DNA of 64,000 bases from a virus, in the IMG/VR virus record IMGVR_UViG_3300018080_005419; one strand, written 5' to 3'. The notes under the pieces were generated by a model, which was given only the letters and a program-made list of their open reading frames with translations, was not told where the DNA came from and searched no databases. Positions within the stretch are counted from its first letter, which is position 1, and each line of letters opens with the position of its first letter. The position numbers were made by a program, and so were the translations under genes. Positions 36,301 through 45,579 of this stretch are shown piece after piece.

Positions 36301-36478
36301 TTGGCTCTCCCGGATGCCATGTACCTCCCAATCTTTTTAGGTTTTCCTTATCTGCAAATGGACTTTCTACAATAAGCAGATTTTCTTCTTCTAAATAAAA
36401 TAAACTTCTTGTGCCTGGAGCGTCGAATTTAATAGGCAATAATCCGCTCTTGGCCATCTTTTTGGGAGGCTTAGCCAA
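33332..36478 (-). CDS. SNF2/SWI2-family helicase with one intein
   Basis: LRNYQ, GDTMGLGK|intein|SMQ, VAPASVKYNW, VDEIH, LSGTPI, FLRRLK, KVLVFS, STGLNFQ, QRTDRAHR. Confidence 0.92.
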   Translation of the reverse strand: MAKPPKKMAKSGLLPIKFDAPGTRSLFYLEEENLLIVESPFADKENLKRLGGTWHPGEPKGWAWFFTIPNLEMLLDKIPFDFLDPRIGDITEQEVARIEELKKVKKAALKDHPISLRIPGISPPEGISLRNYQKLGVQFFTLVKYGLLLGDTMGLGKCASKNSRVCVKNIGSTTLEEIWDNYSDPNTSIKEGRGEWRKLSKIKVLGIKKQKSKYQKAINIYREKVRKIRSITLQDGSKIEVGLRHLFWNNENKWIKAKNLKIGDWILVPKIIPSCNSKEEINKNCAILLAWQIAEGHEYKSSTFTISQKERSILIKLRKIFKDLKFEENPNIHLIKEDRNHCSYLRITSKIYKNWLKKKFPDYCWGSLSGDKIIPEKITNSNESVAKAFIQHYFEAEGCCNKDNIELSSKSESIIRSMHYMLRRFGIVGVINNKTIYTPRWGNALYWRITIGGKYARIFKEKIGFISKRKNERLNKLCSKTENTNIANSIPCRHILRKLLKISDFTYNLSGIEYVHVSEKVIPQNPSTETVIKIIKTIKNVIKNGIPDITRSKWSARREAMKKNLKDNKKEIKETLKELESMIYEDYIWLQIQDIKEEKYNDYVYDFEISGESNYVVDLALGHNSMQSIAMALWRKKFNKAKKCLIVAPASVKYNWKEELEFWTNEDFVIVDGSPDKRDTLWNTDAFFIVVNPELIVRDFDDADVLRDDFDIIIVDEIHMLKNWKSTRSKVMKKLKLSENGIRIGLSGTPIDGKLEDLHSIFEFLVPGLFMTRGKFLDKYAIRNEWNAVVGYMNVDEVRKTIEPFFLRRLKEEVAKELPEKIFKNVYVELSTEERKIYNAIRNQAHKVTEEAEVITAVLRARQFCNAPFLVDEYPEFGSKFNACMELLEEVIANNNKVLVFSMFEQMVDRLYVEFEKNGWKTFKITGRVSKKKRPQIAKEFNEDPTVNICVMDEAGSTGLNFQEASYVLHYDDNWSPAIMKQRTDRAHRITTKHVVNVINFICLNTIEDHVRKVLKDKDVLSAAAIGDNVDQVCAIKSFGAKEALKYL
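34607..36007 (-). mobile_element. 467-aa intein with LAGLIDADG homing endonuclease, inserted in the Walker A motif
   Basis: Starts at Cys (GK|CASKNSRV) and ends HN|S. Block F YVYDFEI. LAGLIDADG-like helices LLAWQIAEG and FIQHYFEAEG. Confidence 0.9.
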
Positions 36479-36505
36479 TTTCTTATACTCCTAATTTTTA
36501 TTTTC

Positions 36506-36847
36506 TTAAGCTATGATTTCAATAATTCCGTCATGAAAAGTATATACATGTTCGGAATCTTTGGTTACCTTTGCACGGTAGGGGTATTGAGCAGGTTCAA
36601 GATTTGTTGTTTGAGATGTTAAAATGTAATAATGCACAATGCCTTTCGTTCTATCGTAAAATATCGCTTCAGTTGGATTATCAGAACTCCATGTAATAAT
36701 AGGGTTGTCATAATCGGTTGGAAGTGTACTATCATATAAATACATTTCACAGGAAGCATAACCGCCAAGATCTAATGGTCCTGTTACAGTATTAATTTGA
36801 AAACATAAAGTTCTTGCATCGCCTTTTCTGATCACCTCTGTCTGCAT
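36506..36847 (-). CDS. BppU-N-like / Ig-like phage structural-type domain protein
   Basis: IRKGDARTLCFQI, LDLGGY, KGIVHYYILTSQT.NLEP.QY pattern. Confidence 0.45.
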   Translation of the reverse strand: MQTEVIRKGDARTLCFQINTVTGPLDLGGYASCEMYLYDSTLPTDYDNPIITWSSDNPTEAIFYDRTKGIVHYYILTSQTTNLEPAQYPYRAKVTKDSEHVYTFHDGIIEIIA

Positions 36848-36863
36848 CTAAATACTCCTAAAA

Positions 36864-37079
36864 TTAACCTGGATAATACGGGTTTCCTTTGTAGTCGTCC
36901 GAGATACTATGTCTTTCAAGAATCCAAGACCTTTCTGTTACTGGATCAAATCTCAACACATAATGTACAATAGGTTCTGCAAAAAACGACCTATTAATTG
37001 TAGTTGGATCCTCTGTTGTTCGAATATAAATAGTAGAATTGGAATAAATATCCTTTTCCTCTGGTGTCATAAAATCCAT
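36864..37079 (-). CDS. Hypothetical protein
   Basis: 71-aa ORF in the gene run. Confidence 0.5.
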   Translation of the reverse strand: MDFMTPEEKDIYSNSTIYIRTTEDPTTINRSFFAEPIVHYVLRFDPVTERSWILERHSISDDYKGNPYYPG

Positions 37080-37084
37080 TGTGA

Positions 37085-37612
37085 TTATTTCCCGAATGTG
37101 ACTTTAGAAGTGTTAGGAGTTCTATCAACACTACGTTCTACAAGATTAACAGCATCACTCCCTGAAGCCATCTTTCTTCGTTCTTTAAGCCAAGCTGTTA
37201 AAAGTCGAGCATCAAATTTTGGCTGAATATCGTCTTCAAATAATTCGCTATACATTTCTCCCAATCGTTCTTTTACTTTCCTTAATGTAATTCCAGGTCT
37301 AAGTTTGACTCCTTCTTCTGCTTTTACGATTTCGGGACCAAGCAATGCCTTTACTCTTAAAATATCAGTTGTAGATAAATCTTCTTTAATTTTGAAACTA
37401 TCTTCTGATAAATTTACCTTTGCCTTATGAACATTGCCGTAAAGCTCCACCGTTTCTCCTGAAGCTTTTACGGCATTGGGTTCGTTCTCAGCTGCAACTC
37501 TAAGCTTCTTTTTAATTTCGTCGCTTTTCTTAGTGAACTCTTTGATTTTAACTTTTAGATCATAACCTTCATCAATTTCATTAGCAAGTTGATGTGCTTG
37601 TCTTAATGCCAT
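37085..37612 (-). CDS. Hypothetical protein
   Basis: 175-aa ORF with AGGAG RBS. Confidence 0.7.
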   Translation of the reverse strand: MALRQAHQLANEIDEGYDLKVKIKEFTKKSDEIKKKLRVAAENEPNAVKASGETVELYGNVHKAKVNLSEDSFKIKEDLSTTDILRVKALLGPEIVKAEEGVKLRPGITLRKVKERLGEMYSELFEDDIQPKFDARLLTAWLKERRKMASGSDAVNLVERSVDRTPNTSKVTFGK

Positions 37613-37653
37613 TTTCTATCTTCTCCTTTTTATCCGGAATTAGATATTTAATA

Positions 37654-38487
37654 TTATATCTCTTCCGGTGGCGTTTCTTCTGTTTCAATTGTCTCTGTTT
37701 CGACAATTTCTTCTTTTTGTGGCTTGTTTTCCATAGGTATAGCATTCCATCTAGAAGCTGATACCATACTCATCCACTCTTGATATTTACCTTTTTTAAC
37801 CTGAAATGTAAAAGCATTTGCAGGTCCGACTCTTTCGGCTACCTTATTTTGAATTGCTCTGTCTACTAAAGATTGGTCGAAAACTTCATCTGGCATTGAA
37901 TGTTTTGCTAATTCTATAAAACCATTAGAAAGTTCGCTGGGCATAAATTTCTTCTGAATTCCTGTACATACTACAGGAAGAGGGGCCTGAGTTCTTGCTG
38001 CTATCATTTGTGCCACAGGAGAAGTTACAGGGCGATAATTTGAAGGATAATTGCCATTATATTTGGTAATCTTTGTCCATAGCTCTTCAAATATCTTTTT
38101 ACTTTCGGGGGTGCTTGGATCTTCGTTTATTGGACCTTCTGATCGAGTGTCATTTATCTCTGTAAGCTCTCCTGAGACCTCTTTAAGGCTAAGGCTGAAC
38201 TCTGGACCTCTTTTTGTAATAATTAAGCTTGTGCCCTCTGTAAATGGCACAGAAAGGGTGTCTTCGCCAGCATCACCCCATACTATCCAGAGTTGTTGAC
38301 GTAAATTCTTTCTGACTTCATTGTTTTTAGAGGAATCATCAAGAAAACGCCAAAATTCTCGTGTAAATGTGCTAACTACTCCACCTCCAGAGTTGTTTTT
38401 TAAACTATTTGCGAATTCATTAGTTAACACAAAATGAATACTGCGCTTAACAGAAAAACGCATTCTTTTATGACTGTGTATTGGCAT
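37654..38487 (-). CDS. Hypothetical protein
   Basis: 277-aa ORF. No family recognised. Confidence 0.7.
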   Translation of the reverse strand: MPIHSHKRMRFSVKRSIHFVLTNEFANSLKNNSGGGVVSTFTREFWRFLDDSSKNNEVRKNLRQQLWIVWGDAGEDTLSVPFTEGTSLIITKRGPEFSLSLKEVSGELTEINDTRSEGPINEDPSTPESKKIFEELWTKITKYNGNYPSNYRPVTSPVAQMIAARTQAPLPVVCTGIQKKFMPSELSNGFIELAKHSMPDEVFDQSLVDRAIQNKVAERVGPANAFTFQVKKGKYQEWMSMVSASRWNAIPMENKPQKEEIVETETIETEETPPEEI

Positions 38488-38496
38488 TTCTGTTTC

Positions 38497-38787
38497 CTAA
38501 GAAGCTGCAATCCCCGTAGAAATAGGTTCTGCTAGCGAAATAAAACTTTTGACGGTATTTTCGTCAATAAATCCTTCTATACTTTCTATTAATTCTCCAT
38601 CTGTGTCCAACAAAACAAAAGTTGGCATAATATTAACATTAAATTTCTGTGCCAATTCAATTTCGTTTGTTGGATCTAATTCTCGTACTTCGATTCCTGC
38701 CTGGGTTGCTACTTTTTTGACAATTGGTTTGGCCACGTCACATGCAGGGCAGTCTTCAGTAGAAAAAGCAAGAATCTCACACTTCAT
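38497..38787 (-). CDS. Thioredoxin-like protein
   Basis: FSTEDCPACD (CxxC), cis-Pro motif IMPTFVLL. AGGAG RBS. Confidence 0.88.
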   Translation of the reverse strand: MKCEILAFSTEDCPACDVAKPIVKKVATQAGIEVRELDPTNEIELAQKFNVNIMPTFVLLDTDGELIESIEGFIDENTVKSFISLAEPISTGIAAS

Positions 38788-39037
38788 TGTTATGCTCCTT
38801 TTTCAGGTACGAAACAAATAGCAGAAATGAATAGATCTAAAGTCTCCAATCTATTGTAGGGGACGTACCTTTGGACAAGATATAAATATTTTTAGAATAC
38901 TCTCCTTTCCAATTGCTAATTAAATAACCTATGTCTTTGTTTGATTATACTTTGCAAGAGTCTTAATTTTTTCTCTTTTTTGTTTATTTTTCTATTTTCT
39001 TTTTAAAATTTTTAAAGACAATATTTTCATCTATTCT

Positions 39038-39660
39038 TTAAGAAGAAGAGCTAGAAGAAGAACTCGAACTTCCTGTAATTATTTCACTTGAACTTGAGGA
39101 ACTTGCTTCGGGTTGTAGCAATAAATCTAATTCTGGATCTGGATCATAATCTGGTTCTAACAACAATACCAATTCAGTTTCAAGCGTTGCAATAGAAGAA
39201 CTTGAAGAAGATGAGCTTGGTGTTGGTGGTATTATTGGAGAACTTGAAGAACTCGAACTTTCAGGAATTATTTCACTTGAGCTTGAAGAAGAACTCGAAG
39301 AACTTGGCTCTGGCGGAATAATTTGAGAACTTGAAGAACTCGAACTTTCAGGAATTATTTCACTTGAGCTTGAAGAAGAACTCGAAGAACTTGGCTCTGG
39401 CGGAATAATTTGAGAACTTGAAGAACTGCTTGAGCTTTCAGGTGGTATAAATTGTGAAGAAGAGCTTGAAGAAGAACTGCTTGAGCTTTCAGGCGGTATA
39501 ATTGGAGAACTTGAAGAACTCGAACTGCTTTCGGGTGGTGCAGGCTGTTCTGATGAGCTTGAAGAACTTGAACTCTCAGGAGGCACAAATTGTGAAGACG
39601 ACGATGAAGAAGAACTTTCAGGAATTATATAACTTGAAGATGAAGATGAACTTGAAGAGA
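39038..39660 (-). repeat. Coding poly-Ser/IIPPE repeats, including an about 87-bp direct repeat (39241 and 39328)
   Basis: Units of (Q/E/P)IIP(P)E followed by 6-10 Ser, encoded by mixed TCN/AGY codons. Confidence 0.9.
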
Positions 39661-40888
39661 ATCCATAAGGAAGACCATGACCATCAACCCATTGAACACC
39701 ATCCCACCAATATGATTGTCCTGTTGTTGTATCATATTTCATTTCTCCTACAACAGTGCCAGTAGGAGGAGGAGACCAATCATCTGAAGAAGCACTTTGA
39801 GACGCTGTTACATTGTGTGGATTGTTTGTATTGATCCTATGAGCATTATTAGAAACAACATCACTATGATCTGTTCCTACACTTCCTCTATGAGTATTAT
39901 TTGAAACTACATCACTATGATCTGTTCCTACACTTCCTCTATGAGTGTTATTTGAAACTACATCGCTATGATTTGTTCCATCACTAGTTCTGTGTGTTGT
40001 ATTCAAAGAAATTGCAGATGTATTAGTTCCTATGTCTGTTGTGTTTTTATTGATAGCTCCGACTATAGAATCTTTTCCGTTAATAAAATATGTTTCAGCA
40101 AAAGAACTGGAAGAAGAGGATGAACTTCCAAATATAATACTTACTTCACTTAATTGTGTAGATGTTCTAGTATCTTCAAAAACAAATTCGCCTTGTGATT
40201 TAATAAGAGAAATAGACGAATTGGCATGAGATAAAGTTATTAAAGGAGAGGCAGAAGAACTTGAACTAGAAAATAAACTATAGACATCTACTGTCTCTGA
40301 TACGTCTAATCCTACTTCCATAGAATCAGTGACGATTAAATTGGTCTGAGTCCAAGTTGTGCTATGTGGATCTTCTGTTGTTCTTACATGTGCTGCCATT
40401 CCTATTACATATAATTTCCCAGTAGGATCAGTATTTAAATCTCCAGGATATCCACCTGTCAAATCATATGTCGCAATAAGAATATAATTTTGATTTGTAG
40501 CGTCAACAGGAGTAGTAGATGAATAAGTTTCAAATGCTTCGGGATCTTTATATAAACCGTTTGTAAATTTAATATAAAGATAATAAAAATTACCAGTTGA
40601 TAAACCTGTCCATTGTACCGAAGAAGAACTCTGAACCAAACCATCTCTTAATACAGCTTCCATTGAAATGCCATCTACAGGATTTAATAGAATAGAATAA
40701 CCAGATCCTACATTGTCTAATTTATAATATTCACCCTCTGCAATGACACCATTATTTACAATAGCAACACTTGCTTGAAGCAGATAATCAATAATATTCA
40801 TCTGCTCAATATTATTTTCCTGCAACAGCCGTTCCCCATCTGTTGCGATTGGAATACTGTATTTTTGACTACTTCCGTTATACGACAT
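39038..40888 (-). CDS. Tail/baseplate-associated protein with His repeats and a poly-Ser C-terminal tail
   Basis: Paralog of 40909..42087 over about 400 aa. Contains NTNNPHNVTA and about 200 aa of Ser/Pro repeats. Confidence 0.55.
   Translation of the reverse strand: MSYNGSSQKYSIPIATDGERLLQENNIEQMNIIDYLLQASVAIVNNGVIAEGEYYKLDNVGSGYSILLNPVDGISMEAVLRDGLVQSSSSVQWTGLSTGNFYYLYIKFTNGLYKDPEAFETYSSTTPVDATNQNYILIATYDLTGGYPGDLNTDPTGKLYVIGMAAHVRTTEDPHSTTWTQTNLIVTDSMEVGLDVSETVDVYSLFSSSSSSASPLITLSHANSSISLIKSQGEFVFEDTRTSTQLSEVSIIFGSSSSSSSSFAETYFINGKDSIVGAINKNTTDIGTNTSAISLNTTHRTSDGTNHSDVVSNNTHRGSVGTDHSDVVSNNTHRGSVGTDHSDVVSNNAHRINTNNPHNVTASQSASSDDWSPPPTGTVVGEMKYDTTTGQSYWWDGVQWVDGHGLPYGFSSSSSSSSSYIIPESSSSSSSSQFVPPESSSSSSSSEQPAPPESSSSSSSSPIIPPESSSSSSSSSSSQFIPPESSSSSSSSQIIPPEPSSSSSSSSSSEIIPESSSSSSSQIIPPEPSSSSSSSSSSEIIPESSSSSSSPIIPPTPSSSSSSSSIATLETELVLLLEPDYDPDPELDLLLQPEASSSSSSEIITGSSSSSSSSSS
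39815..39994 (-). repeat. 51-bp (17-aa) coding repeat HRxSxGTDHSDVVxNN
   Basis: Three units plus the NPH cap. The same array lies at about 41065-41244. Confidence 0.85.
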
Positions 40889-40908
40889 CTATTTAAAAAC
40901 CTTTATTT

Positions 40909-42087
40909 TTATGCATGTGGATTTCCATCACAATCAACCCACTGAGAACCATCCCACCAATATGGTCTTCCTAGAGTGGTATCAAAGTTCATTTCTCCTA
41001 CAGTAGAACCAGTTGGAGGAGAAGTCCAATCGTTAGATTGTGCTGTTTGGGCTGCTGTTACGTTGTGAGGATTGCTTGTGTTAACTCTGTGTGCATTATT
41101 TAAAACAACATCTGAATGATCTATTCCTGCGCTTCCTCTATGCGTATTGTTTAAGACAACATCTGAGTGATCTGTTCCATCACTAGTTCTGTGTGTATTA
41201 TTTAAAACAACATTGCTATGATCTGTTCCGTTGCTTGTTCTGTGTATCGTATTTAAAGAAATTGCAGAGATATTTGTTCCTATATCTGCTGTATTTTTAT
41301 TGATAGCTCCGACTATAGATTCTTTCCCGTTATCAAAATCAGTTTCTCCAGTTTCGCTTAACTGGGTTGACATTCTTACATCTTCTAGAATAAATTCATT
41401 TGTCGCTTTTATTGAAGATGCTAAAGGATTTGCATGTGTTAAAGTTAATAATGGTTGAGTAGAAGAAATATCGGATTGTGTAATTGCCAAGCTATTGCCA
41501 ACATCTAATCCTACCTGTAACGAACCAGAAACTACTAAATTTGTTTGTGTAAGTGTAGAACTATGTGGATCTACCGTTTGATTAATATGCGTCAAAACAC
41601 TAGAGGTATAATTTTTGCCTTCAGGATTTGAATTTAAAGTTCCAGGATATCCACCTGTTAAATCATAAGTTGCTATATATAGATAGTTTGTATTATCTAA
41701 AGAAACTGGGGAAGTTAAAGACACCACATCAAAACTGGTAGAATCAGTATATAAAGTAGTGGTATATTTCAAATATAAATAATAAAAGTTCCCTGTAGAT
41801 AATCCTCCCCATGAAACTGTCGAAGCTGTATATGCCAATCCTCGTCTTAGTACTCCCTTAATTCCAACACCACCTACAGGATTTAGCAAAACAGAATAAC
41901 CAGCGCCGAGATCGTCACCTAAAGTAAAATTACCTTCTGCAATTACTCCATTATCAACAACGCTGGTTGCTGCTTGAATAACCCAATCAACCATATTTAT
42001 CTGCTGAATATTATCTTCTTGTGTTAACTCATCTCCGTCAATAGCAATAGGAATACCATAATATGGACTAGAACCATTATATGCCAT
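40909..42087 (-). CDS. Tail/baseplate-associated protein, paralog of 39038..40888
   Basis: YNGSS.Y.IPIA.DG..L.QE.NI, NGVIAEG, GLSTGNFYYLY, INGKxSIVGAINKNT-type segment, His repeats, W-rich C-terminal motif PYWWDGSQWVD. Confidence 0.55.
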   Translation of the reverse strand: MAYNGSSPYYGIPIAIDGDELTQEDNIQQINMVDWVIQAATSVVDNGVIAEGNFTLGDDLGAGYSVLLNPVGGVGIKGVLRRGLAYTASTVSWGGLSTGNFYYLYLKYTTTLYTDSTSFDVVSLTSPVSLDNTNYLYIATYDLTGGYPGTLNSNPEGKNYTSSVLTHINQTVDPHSSTLTQTNLVVSGSLQVGLDVGNSLAITQSDISSTQPLLTLTHANPLASSIKATNEFILEDVRMSTQLSETGETDFDNGKESIVGAINKNTADIGTNISAISLNTIHRTSNGTDHSNVVLNNTHRTSDGTDHSDVVLNNTHRGSAGIDHSDVVLNNAHRVNTSNPHNVTAAQTAQSNDWTSPPTGSTVGEMNFDTTLGRPYWWDGSQWVDCDGNPHA

Positions 42088-42092
42088 TTTAT

Positions 42093-42344
42093 TTATACCT
42101 CCTCAATATTCATTTTTTGTTGTACACCTACTACATCTCCATCACCTATCGTGCTTTCTCCTATAACTGCGATAAAAGATCCGTTTCTTGTAATATAGCT
42201 AACACCTTGTAAATTTGTTGCTATATTTAATAAAGCAGGATTATTTGCTGATTGTCCAGCAACTACTTTTTCCATATCATCAATTAAATTTCTTCTAAAT
42301 GATGGCCGTCTTAGTCTTAAAGTGTTTCCAGATCCAAAACCCAT
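42093..42344 (-). CDS. Small hypothetical tail-module protein
   Basis: 83-aa ORF packed between the hub-like and fibre-like genes. Confidence 0.6.
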   Translation of the reverse strand: MGFGSGNTLRLRRPSFRRNLIDDMEKVVAGQSANNPALLNIATNLQGVSYITRNGSFIAVIGESTIGDGDVVGVQQKMNIEEV

Positions 42345-42360
42345 TTGTTAACTCCTTTTA

Positions 42361-45300
42361 TTATGGTACGTATGGCTCTATGCCACTAGTAGGAGGAATA
42401 ATAATTGGATTATCATTAGAATCGTATGTAATAGTTCCAGGAGCTTTTAATGTAGCCAATTGCAAATCAGTTGTAAATGATTTGGTAGTTGCATCAAATG
42501 TGTGCGTTATCCCCTGTATCCAATATAAATCATTAAATTTATCCCACAGTCTTATTCCCAAATTTCCAGGAATACTTGTAGTTCCTGTATAAAATATTTG
42601 TAAGGCTTGTCTGGCGAGAACTTTTGCATATTTTGCAAGCGCCTCTTTAGTCCAAAAAGAACTAGCAAGCGGATAGATAATCAATTTTTCCCAAGGAATA
42701 TGAGGAATTGTTTGTTGTGTCAGATCTGCGCCAACTGCAATGGGGAATAATGGGATTTGATCGCTACTTTTTTCATAATCTAAAGGATTTCTGTCTCCAT
42801 TATTGGCAACTGCAGCGGCATTATTTTGCTGAGCCAAAACTACTATTTTATTATAGAATTGTGAAAAGTCGGGGTTTTTAGATGTATTTATAATCCTAGC
42901 ATTAGGATAATCCCAATTAATAGGAGTAAAATACGAACTATCTGGTTGCCCGTATTGATCAAATTTATACAAATATAATTTTCCATCAGGTTGAACAATT
43001 GCATAATGTGTTGTATCTTCTGATGCTTCTTGGATTGCATCCCACAGAGAAGTTCCCGCTTTAAATTCATGTAAAACCTGTCCTAGTTCCGAAGAAGAGC
43101 TTAATTTGTCATCTGTTTTAGCATATGAATAATCTGGCTCTACATTTCCATATCCGCACATAAAATCAACAGTTTTTTTAACTGTTTCTCCATCAAAGAA
43201 AGGAGAATTGAGCAATTTCATTTCGTTTAATTTTTTATCTATTCCAAATATTGGTATTTTAAGAGTATGAGAATCAGAACTTTGATCATATCCGAAACCA
43301 TATCCGAATCCTTTAAAAAATGTTCCTTGATTTGATTCAATGTTTCTTCCTAACTTAAATCCGTATTTTTGAGTTCCTATAGCGTCAATTCCACTTTTTG
43401 ACATAATCATATCTAAGTCGATTTGGCCAATTTGCTGCAAACCAAAATCAGAACTGTTTCCATATATTTGATTAAGAGCAAATCTATCTAAAGTTAAAGA
43501 CCCACTTACGCTATCTAAATTATATGAAATTTGAGCATTAAGAATACAATCGGTCCAATTTGTCCCAAGATTAAAAAGAGGAATATTATCGTTGTGAATA
43601 TTATCAAAATTAATTTCTTCTTTTCTAACAACTGTGCATCCAAACATTATAATTGGATATCTTGAATAATTACATTCATTGAATCTTTCTATAATAGCAT
43701 TAAACCTTTTTTCTGCAGTTGGAGCGTTATCCTCATCAAAATTATATGTAGATCTATTACCCGATCTAATTGTAAATTTATATTCTAACATTGAGCCTTT
43801 TTTGTCGCTTATCATTTGTACTTTTGAAGCAGATACTGGTTCGCTAGGGTAATCAGTAAGATTTGTACTTTGCCATTCAAGAACGTTTCCTGCAGAATTT
43901 GTTAAATCAACGATAGGGCTTCCAATTGGCAAATTTGTTATTTTAACCTGATCTCCTGCAGAAAATGGGTTAGTCCCTGAAATGGTTACTTGGTTGATCG
44001 AAAATTCACTTATTCCATCCCAAGTTCTAGAATAACTTGTTGCATTTCTTTTAATATCTTCTTGTGTATAATCTGCAATACTTGCACTTTGTTTTTGAAT
44101 TTCCGCAGTCATACCATTTTTGCACCATAAAGGCCAAAAGACAAATGATGTATTTCCTGCTTCTTCAAGATCACTTTCTATAGGTAAATAAAGTGTTGCT
44201 TCAGAATGCGTTTGGAAAAATAGAGGAATATATGATATATGACCAGTTACATTAAATAAATCTACAGAAACCATGTCGCCAATAGCTATTAATCCATTTT
44301 TAGAGTCGTTTTCAGCTGTAGACATTATTTCAACAGATGGACCTACCTCAGTATCGCTTCCCCAATCAGAATCAGCAAAAGGACTTGTTCTCTCTCTATC
44401 GTTTTCTGGATAATCTGGATTAACTTGTTCACTATATAATGTCTCAATATTTAAAGCCGGATTTCTTTCGCAAAATTGAGACATTCTACCACTAACTTTT
44501 TTATCAAGACCATTCCAATTACCAACAGAAATATATAAACCATTAAATGAAGGAATAAAAGACAAAGCTATAACATTAGGATCTTCACCACCTGCTCCTT
44601 GTCCGCTTGTTGACACAGGAGGAGCGGGAATGTTAAATTCAGTTTCTTGATCAAATATTTTTAATTTTGCCGTATTGTTTTTATTAAGTTTTAAAACAAT
44701 ATTACTTGTTGCTTCTAAGTCACCCTTACTTGTTCCGGGATTTTTATTTTCGCCTAACCTAATTGTTACATCCCAAGGAGGGCTTTTAGTGGCGTTATCT
44801 CCTGAAATTTGTTCTTCTTGTCTTAAAGAAAGCAACAACATAAAAGAACCAAGTCTAGCATATGCATTGTCATCTTCATTGACAAAAGTTCCAACACTTG
44901 ACAATGCTACTTCATCTGCTGGCATTTCTAAACAAATTCCTTCGTCAATTCCAGAAGTAGCATTAGGAGTAACAAATATTTGATTCATTTTTTGTCGCAT
45001 GTCTGTACGAGCAACTAAAGGAGTTGTTTTATCTTTAGTGTCAAAATATTTTGGATCATATTCTTCTTCGTCATATTGAATAATTGCGGGATTTTCCTCT
45101 TGAGCTATTTTGGTTATTTTTCTTGCTCTCCAGGTCCATAGATTATTATTTAAAGTTGTTCCTGATGTTCCATCATTAGCAGCAGATGATTTCATTACAT
45201 TATTAATCAACTCTGCACGATCTGGAACTAACAGTGCATTAATGAGAGCACCATTTGATAATATTGAAAAACTGCCATTATATAAAATTCCTGTATCGCC

Positions 45301-45573
45301 ATTAAGCCAACTAGGAAAGTTTATAAAAGGAGGGATATGTTGCGAACTTACTTGTATTGGAGTTAGTCCATCCTGTTCTTTTTCCGTATCATAAATAGGA
45401 TCAACAAATAAAGTTTGCAAACCTCCTGCATCGCCTACAGTTTTATCTCTTCCATTAATAATTCTTAAATTATTATCATTAAAATTAATAGTATCAACTT
45501 TAGTTCTATATGCAACACTAACACCAGTAAAGTCTGGCAATTGAGAACCTGTTGTTAAATATGGATTTGACAT
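42361..45573 (-). CDS. Baseplate hub / tail-tip-like protein
   Basis: Immediately downstream of the tape measure. The C-terminal third has a hub-like pattern (LWDAIQEAS...VQPDGKLYL...YNKIVV...YWIQGITHTFD...FTTDLQL). Confidence 0.5.
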   Translation of the reverse strand: MSNPYLTTGSQLPDFTGVSVAYRTKVDTINFNDNNLRIINGRDKTVGDAGGLQTLFVDPIYDTEKEQDGLTPIQVSSQHIPPFINFPSWLNGDTGILYNGSFSILSNGALINALLVPDRAELINNVMKSSAANDGTSGTTLNNNLWTWRARKITKIAQEENPAIIQYDEEEYDPKYFDTKDKTTPLVARTDMRQKMNQIFVTPNATSGIDEGICLEMPADEVALSSVGTFVNEDDNAYARLGSFMLLLSLRQEEQISGDNATKSPPWDVTIRLGENKNPGTSKGDLEATSNIVLKLNKNNTAKLKIFDQETEFNIPAPPVSTSGQGAGGEDPNVIALSFIPSFNGLYISVGNWNGLDKKVSGRMSQFCERNPALNIETLYSEQVNPDYPENDRERTSPFADSDWGSDTEVGPSVEIMSTAENDSKNGLIAIGDMVSVDLFNVTGHISYIPLFFQTHSEATLYLPIESDLEEAGNTSFVFWPLWCKNGMTAEIQKQSASIADYTQEDIKRNATSYSRTWDGISEFSINQVTISGTNPFSAGDQVKITNLPIGSPIVDLTNSAGNVLEWQSTNLTDYPSEPVSASKVQMISDKKGSMLEYKFTIRSGNRSTYNFDEDNAPTAEKRFNAIIERFNECNYSRYPIIMFGCTVVRKEEINFDNIHNDNIPLFNLGTNWTDCILNAQISYNLDSVSGSLTLDRFALNQIYGNSSDFGLQQIGQIDLDMIMSKSGIDAIGTQKYGFKLGRNIESNQGTFFKGFGYGFGYDQSSDSHTLKIPIFGIDKKLNEMKLLNSPFFDGETVKKTVDFMCGYGNVEPDYSYAKTDDKLSSSSELGQVLHEFKAGTSLWDAIQEASEDTTHYAIVQPDGKLYLYKFDQYGQPDSSYFTPINWDYPNARIINTSKNPDFSQFYNKIVVLAQQNNAAAVANNGDRNPLDYEKSSDQIPLFPIAVGADLTQQTIPHIPWEKLIIYPLASSFWTKEALAKYAKVLARQALQIFYTGTTSIPGNLGIRLWDKFNDLYWIQGITHTFDATTKSFTTDLQLATLKAPGTITYDSNDNPIIIPPTSGIEPYVP

Positions 45574-45579
45574 ATTTCC

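Noticed and set aside
38790-39037. Stop-codon reassignment suggested by TAG-interrupted frames in this gap
   Set aside because: All large genes are open under code 11. TAG, TGA and TAA all end genes at sensible positions, and the gap frames are low-complexity.
39241-41244. CRISPR array from the 51-bp and 87-bp repeats
   Set aside because: The repeats are contiguous, lengths are multiples of three, they lie in open frames, and there are no unique spacers. No cas genes are present.
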